Shown here in pieces: positions 61,133 to 64,000 of a stretch of DNA of 64,000 nucleotides (within the stretch, counting starts at the first letter, position 1; every line of letters starts with the position of its first letter). The notes under the pieces were generated by a model that saw only the letters and a program-made list of their open reading frames with translations, ran no database searches and was not told where the DNA came from. The DNA is from an uncultured archaeon (GTDB taxonomy: Archaea > Asgardarchaeota > Lokiarchaeia > Sigyniarchaeales > SOKP01), in NCBI GenBank assembly GCA_964388035.1, contig CAYLZE010000006.1:48576-112575 (forward strand), read 5' to 3'. Made by a program: the position numbers and the translations under genes.

Positions 61133-62395
61133 ATGGTAAAATATAAAGTCGCAGATGAAAACTTAGCTGAAAAAGGAAAAGAATCTCTCTATATTGCGGA
61201 AAATAAAATGCCCGTCACAGCAAGGGTTATTCGAGATCGATTCTCTAAGGAAAAACCTTTAAATGGGGTGACTATTGCCGGATGTTTGCATATCACCAAA
61301 GAAACGGGGATTCTTGCCAGAACATTAAAAGCTGGTGGTGCAGAAGTATATTTATGCGGGAGCAATCCCCTCTCAACTCAAGACGATGTTGCTGCAGCAT
61401 TAATCAAGGAAGGTATCAATGTATTCGCTTGGCATGGAAATACATCCGAAGAATTTTATTGGTGTATTAGACAATGCTTAAAAGAAAAGCCCAATATTTT
61501 AATTGATGATGGAGCTGATATGATAGTAACCGCCCATAAAGAATTTCCCGAATTAATTACCTCAGGAATTATTTATGGATGTCAGGAAGAGACCACTACC
61601 GGAGTAAAAAGATTCAAGGCAATGGCAAAACAAGGCGCGTTAAAACTTCCTTTATTCCCAGTAAACGATGCTCGATGCAAAAATGAGTTTGATAATGAAC
61701 TAGGAACGGGACAAGGCATTTTGGCCGCATTTGTAGGGATGCACATTCTCTTTGCTGGAAAAAATGCCTTGATTGCAGGATATGGCCATTGTAGTTCCGG
61801 AATGGCTTTAAGAGCAAGAGGTTTAGGGTCCAATGTAATAGTCACTGAGGTTGATCCGATTAATGCACTAAAAGCTAAGTTCGCAGGTTATAATGTAATG
61901 CCGATAGCAAAAGCCCTACCGCAAGCAGATTTAATTTTTACGGCAACAGGATGTAAGAATGTTTTTACTAAAGAACAATTTCACTTGCTTAAAGATGGAG
62001 TAATAATGGGTAATCTGGGGCATTTTGATGTAGAAATTCCAACAAAAGCGCTCTATGATTACGCTAAAGAAATAAAACCCGTACGAAAGGACGTGGAAGA
62101 ATTAACTTTCCCCGATGGAAAAAGGGTGTATTTATTAGGCCAAGGAAGGTTAGCAAACTTGGTTCTCGCAGAGGGGCATCCAAGTGAAGTCATGGACATG
62201 TCATTCGCTTTGCAATCCTTAATATCAGAGCACATCATTAAAAATAAGGGTACCTTGAAACCTGGAATAATTAATGTACCCCAAGAAATCGACAATCAAG
62301 TGGGCTACTTAAAATTGCAAGCGATGGACATAGAAATAGATAAACTAACGCAAGAGCAATATAATTACATTCATGGCTATGAGGAAGGAACTTAA
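61133..62395 (+). CDS. ahcY: Adenosylhomocysteinase
   Basis: GCLHIT.ET, SNPLSTQD, DDGAD, EETTTG, VND, GHFDVEI, GHPSEVMDMSFA; start moved to ATG 61133. Confidence 0.95.
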   Translation: MVKYKVADENLAEKGKESLYIAENKMPVTARVIRDRFSKEKPLNGVTIAGCLHITKETGILARTLKAGGAEVYLCGSNPLSTQDDVAAALIKEGINVFAWHGNTSEEFYWCIRQCLKEKPNILIDDGADMIVTAHKEFPELITSGIIYGCQEETTTGVKRFKAMAKQGALKLPLFPVNDARCKNEFDNELGTGQGILAAFVGMHILFAGKNALIAGYGHCSSGMALRARGLGSNVIVTEVDPINALKAKFAGYNVMPIAKALPQADLIFTATGCKNVFTKEQFHLLKDGVIMGNLGHFDVEIPTKALYDYAKEIKPVRKDVEELTFPDGKRVYLLGQGRLANLVLAEGHPSEVMDMSFALQSLISEHIIKNKGTLKPGIINVPQEIDNQVGYLKLQAMDIEIDKLTQEQYNYIHGYEEGT

Positions 62396-62748
62396 GGATT
62401 AAAAATTCTTAATTTTTTTTAACTATATATTTACAAATGCATTATTATTTATCTAACATGTATTCAATCTATTCAAGCACTATTGGAATATCTTTACCTC
62501 ATTAGATGGATTCGTTGGGGGTTATCCCGAGTTTATTATGAACATGAGTTAAAAATTTTCACTAAACAAATTGTAATTTTTTAGATTTTAAATAGTACAC
62601 GACTATCCTTTTACTAATAAATGAATGAAAAATGACAATTTCTCTACGCACCCTAAAAATATCTTTTTAAATTTAAACTTCAAGAAGTCAAATCAATTGA
62701 TCATTATCTATTTCTTTCTTTGAATTGAGTACCATTATTATTAAATTC

Positions 62749-63771
62749 CTAAGATTTGGGCTTCAAAATTTGTTCCACGCCTAAATCTTTATAGACTTCT
62801 TTGGCGAAGTTTCGTAATCCTTCAATTCCAACCGGTTCATCTTGAAGTTTGTTGGATTCCCAGATAACGGTATTTTTAAATTCTGCTTTAATTTGATGGA
62901 TATATTTCAACTGAATATCCCTTAATTTTCTGCAATATTCACAATGGTCGGGTTCAGGAGTGATCATGTTGATGTGAACGGCATCTAAATTCACGTATTT
63001 TTGCGTTAAATCTCGTGCCCTCTTAATTTCCTCGAAGCTCGGTTTTTCAGCAATGGTTACTAATCGCAGGGATCCTAAATCTTGGATTAATTGGGATATT
63101 CGCTCCCCTCTTTTTTCTAAATCATTCAGCATTCCTAATAGCTCATCACCGAGATCTGAATTTTGCTCTTGCGCTTCAAAAGGGTGAGTTACCTTTTTAA
63201 GCATTTTAGAAACATTCTTCATAGTGCCTCTAACGGAATTGTAAAAGTTAAGAGAATACTTTAGTACAACTTTAACTGTATCTTCTGGAATATCAAAAAG
63301 AGCAATCATGTTGCCCGTGGGAGGAAAATCTGCGACAATTATATCAAATTCTATTCCTCTTTCGTTAACCTCTTCAGCATCCAAGATTTTTTGAAAAAAC
63401 ATGGCATTCTTCAGTGCTAAAGGAATCGATTCGGCTGTAAAGGTAGTATCGATGAATGTTTTTATCTGCGGGATTAATCCAACTATCGGCATCTTCTTTA
63501 ACAAAAGACGCATCTTTTCTGCAAATTTCTTGGTATATTCTTCCGCATAAATTTCAGGATCTGGTTCGATTGCCCATAAATTCTTAGTAAGGGGAGTTAA
63601 TTCATTTCCTATTTCAATTTCAAATAAATCCGTCAAGTTATGTGCCATGTCAAAAGAAATCAGTAAAATGTTTTTATCGGGCATCAAATCGGACAGAACC
63701 ACGCCGGTTGCCGCACTTATTGTGGATTTTCCTACCCCACCTTTTCCCCCAAATATAAGAATACGTTCCAA
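62749..63771 (-). CDS. ArsA/GET3 family ATPase
   Basis: GGKGGVGKST, DMAHNL, DFPPTG, C-terminal CEYC, EPVG...L. Confidence 0.9.
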   Translation of the reverse strand: MERILIFGGKGGVGKSTISAATGVVLSDLMPDKNILLISFDMAHNLTDLFEIEIGNELTPLTKNLWAIEPDPEIYAEEYTKKFAEKMRLLLKKMPIVGLIPQIKTFIDTTFTAESIPLALKNAMFFQKILDAEEVNERGIEFDIIVADFPPTGNMIALFDIPEDTVKVVLKYSLNFYNSVRGTMKNVSKMLKKVTHPFEAQEQNSDLGDELLGMLNDLEKRGERISQLIQDLGSLRLVTIAEKPSFEEIKRARDLTQKYVNLDAVHINMITPEPDHCEYCRKLRDIQLKYIHQIKAEFKNTVIWESNKLQDEPVGIEGLRNFAKEVYKDLGVEQILKPKS

Positions 63772-64000
63772 AAGTCTCTTTCTCCAAATATAGTACTTAG
63801 GTATTAAAATACGCGAGAATTAAAAAAGTTTTAGATAAGGGTATCAAATAATGCTCTAATTACAATACGATACTGCTTTGATTTACACTTTAAAGAATAT
63901 TTTTTTGGCTAATAGTTTGTAAGTAATAAAAAATTTAACGAAGAATTAATTTATATATATTGTATTTGATTTGAATCATGATCGAAATTAATGATCCAAA

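Noticed and set aside
243-62295. Numerous 60-170 aa ORFs antisense to or nested in long genes (e.g. 7436..7777, 21385..21819, 37147..37593, 44981..45484)
   Set aside because: Shadow ORFs of well-supported genes, with no motifs

Overview
AT-rich chromosomal window, very likely from an Asgard archaeon (Lokiarchaeia-like). The evidence is ribophorin I, Sec61beta, three roadblock-type proteins, two Rab-like GTPases plus a relic, a 7TM-longin/roadblock-like fusion, eS26, Gar1-TFB and ArcS/RaSEA. Both ends are housekeeping; the middle (about 17.9-53.4 kb) is accessory (transporters, regulators, metabolic enzymes). I saw no rRNA, tRNA, CRISPR array or transposase. The main signals missed by the ORF track are: (1) a 115-aa HesB/IscA-like ORF (46145..46492, -) with an in-frame TGA in R-S-U-S-G-T-S-C and a eukaryote-type SECIS-like hairpin 10 nt after its stop, a probable selenoprotein; (2) two conserved genes (rps26e and cbiM/nikM) that recover their conserved N-termini only from ACG start codons behind strong Shine-Dalgarno (SD) motifs, plus a likely ATT start for cbiO; (3) an unannotated 43-aa peptide with three CKCGGDC repeats (metallothionein-like or RiPP precursor) next to a CPBP protease and 9 kb from an RRE-containing radical SAM/SPASM enzyme; (4) a roughly 320-nt structured non-coding region (53711..54030) with a partly RNase P-like helix order. 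All calls are by eye; no database searches were run.
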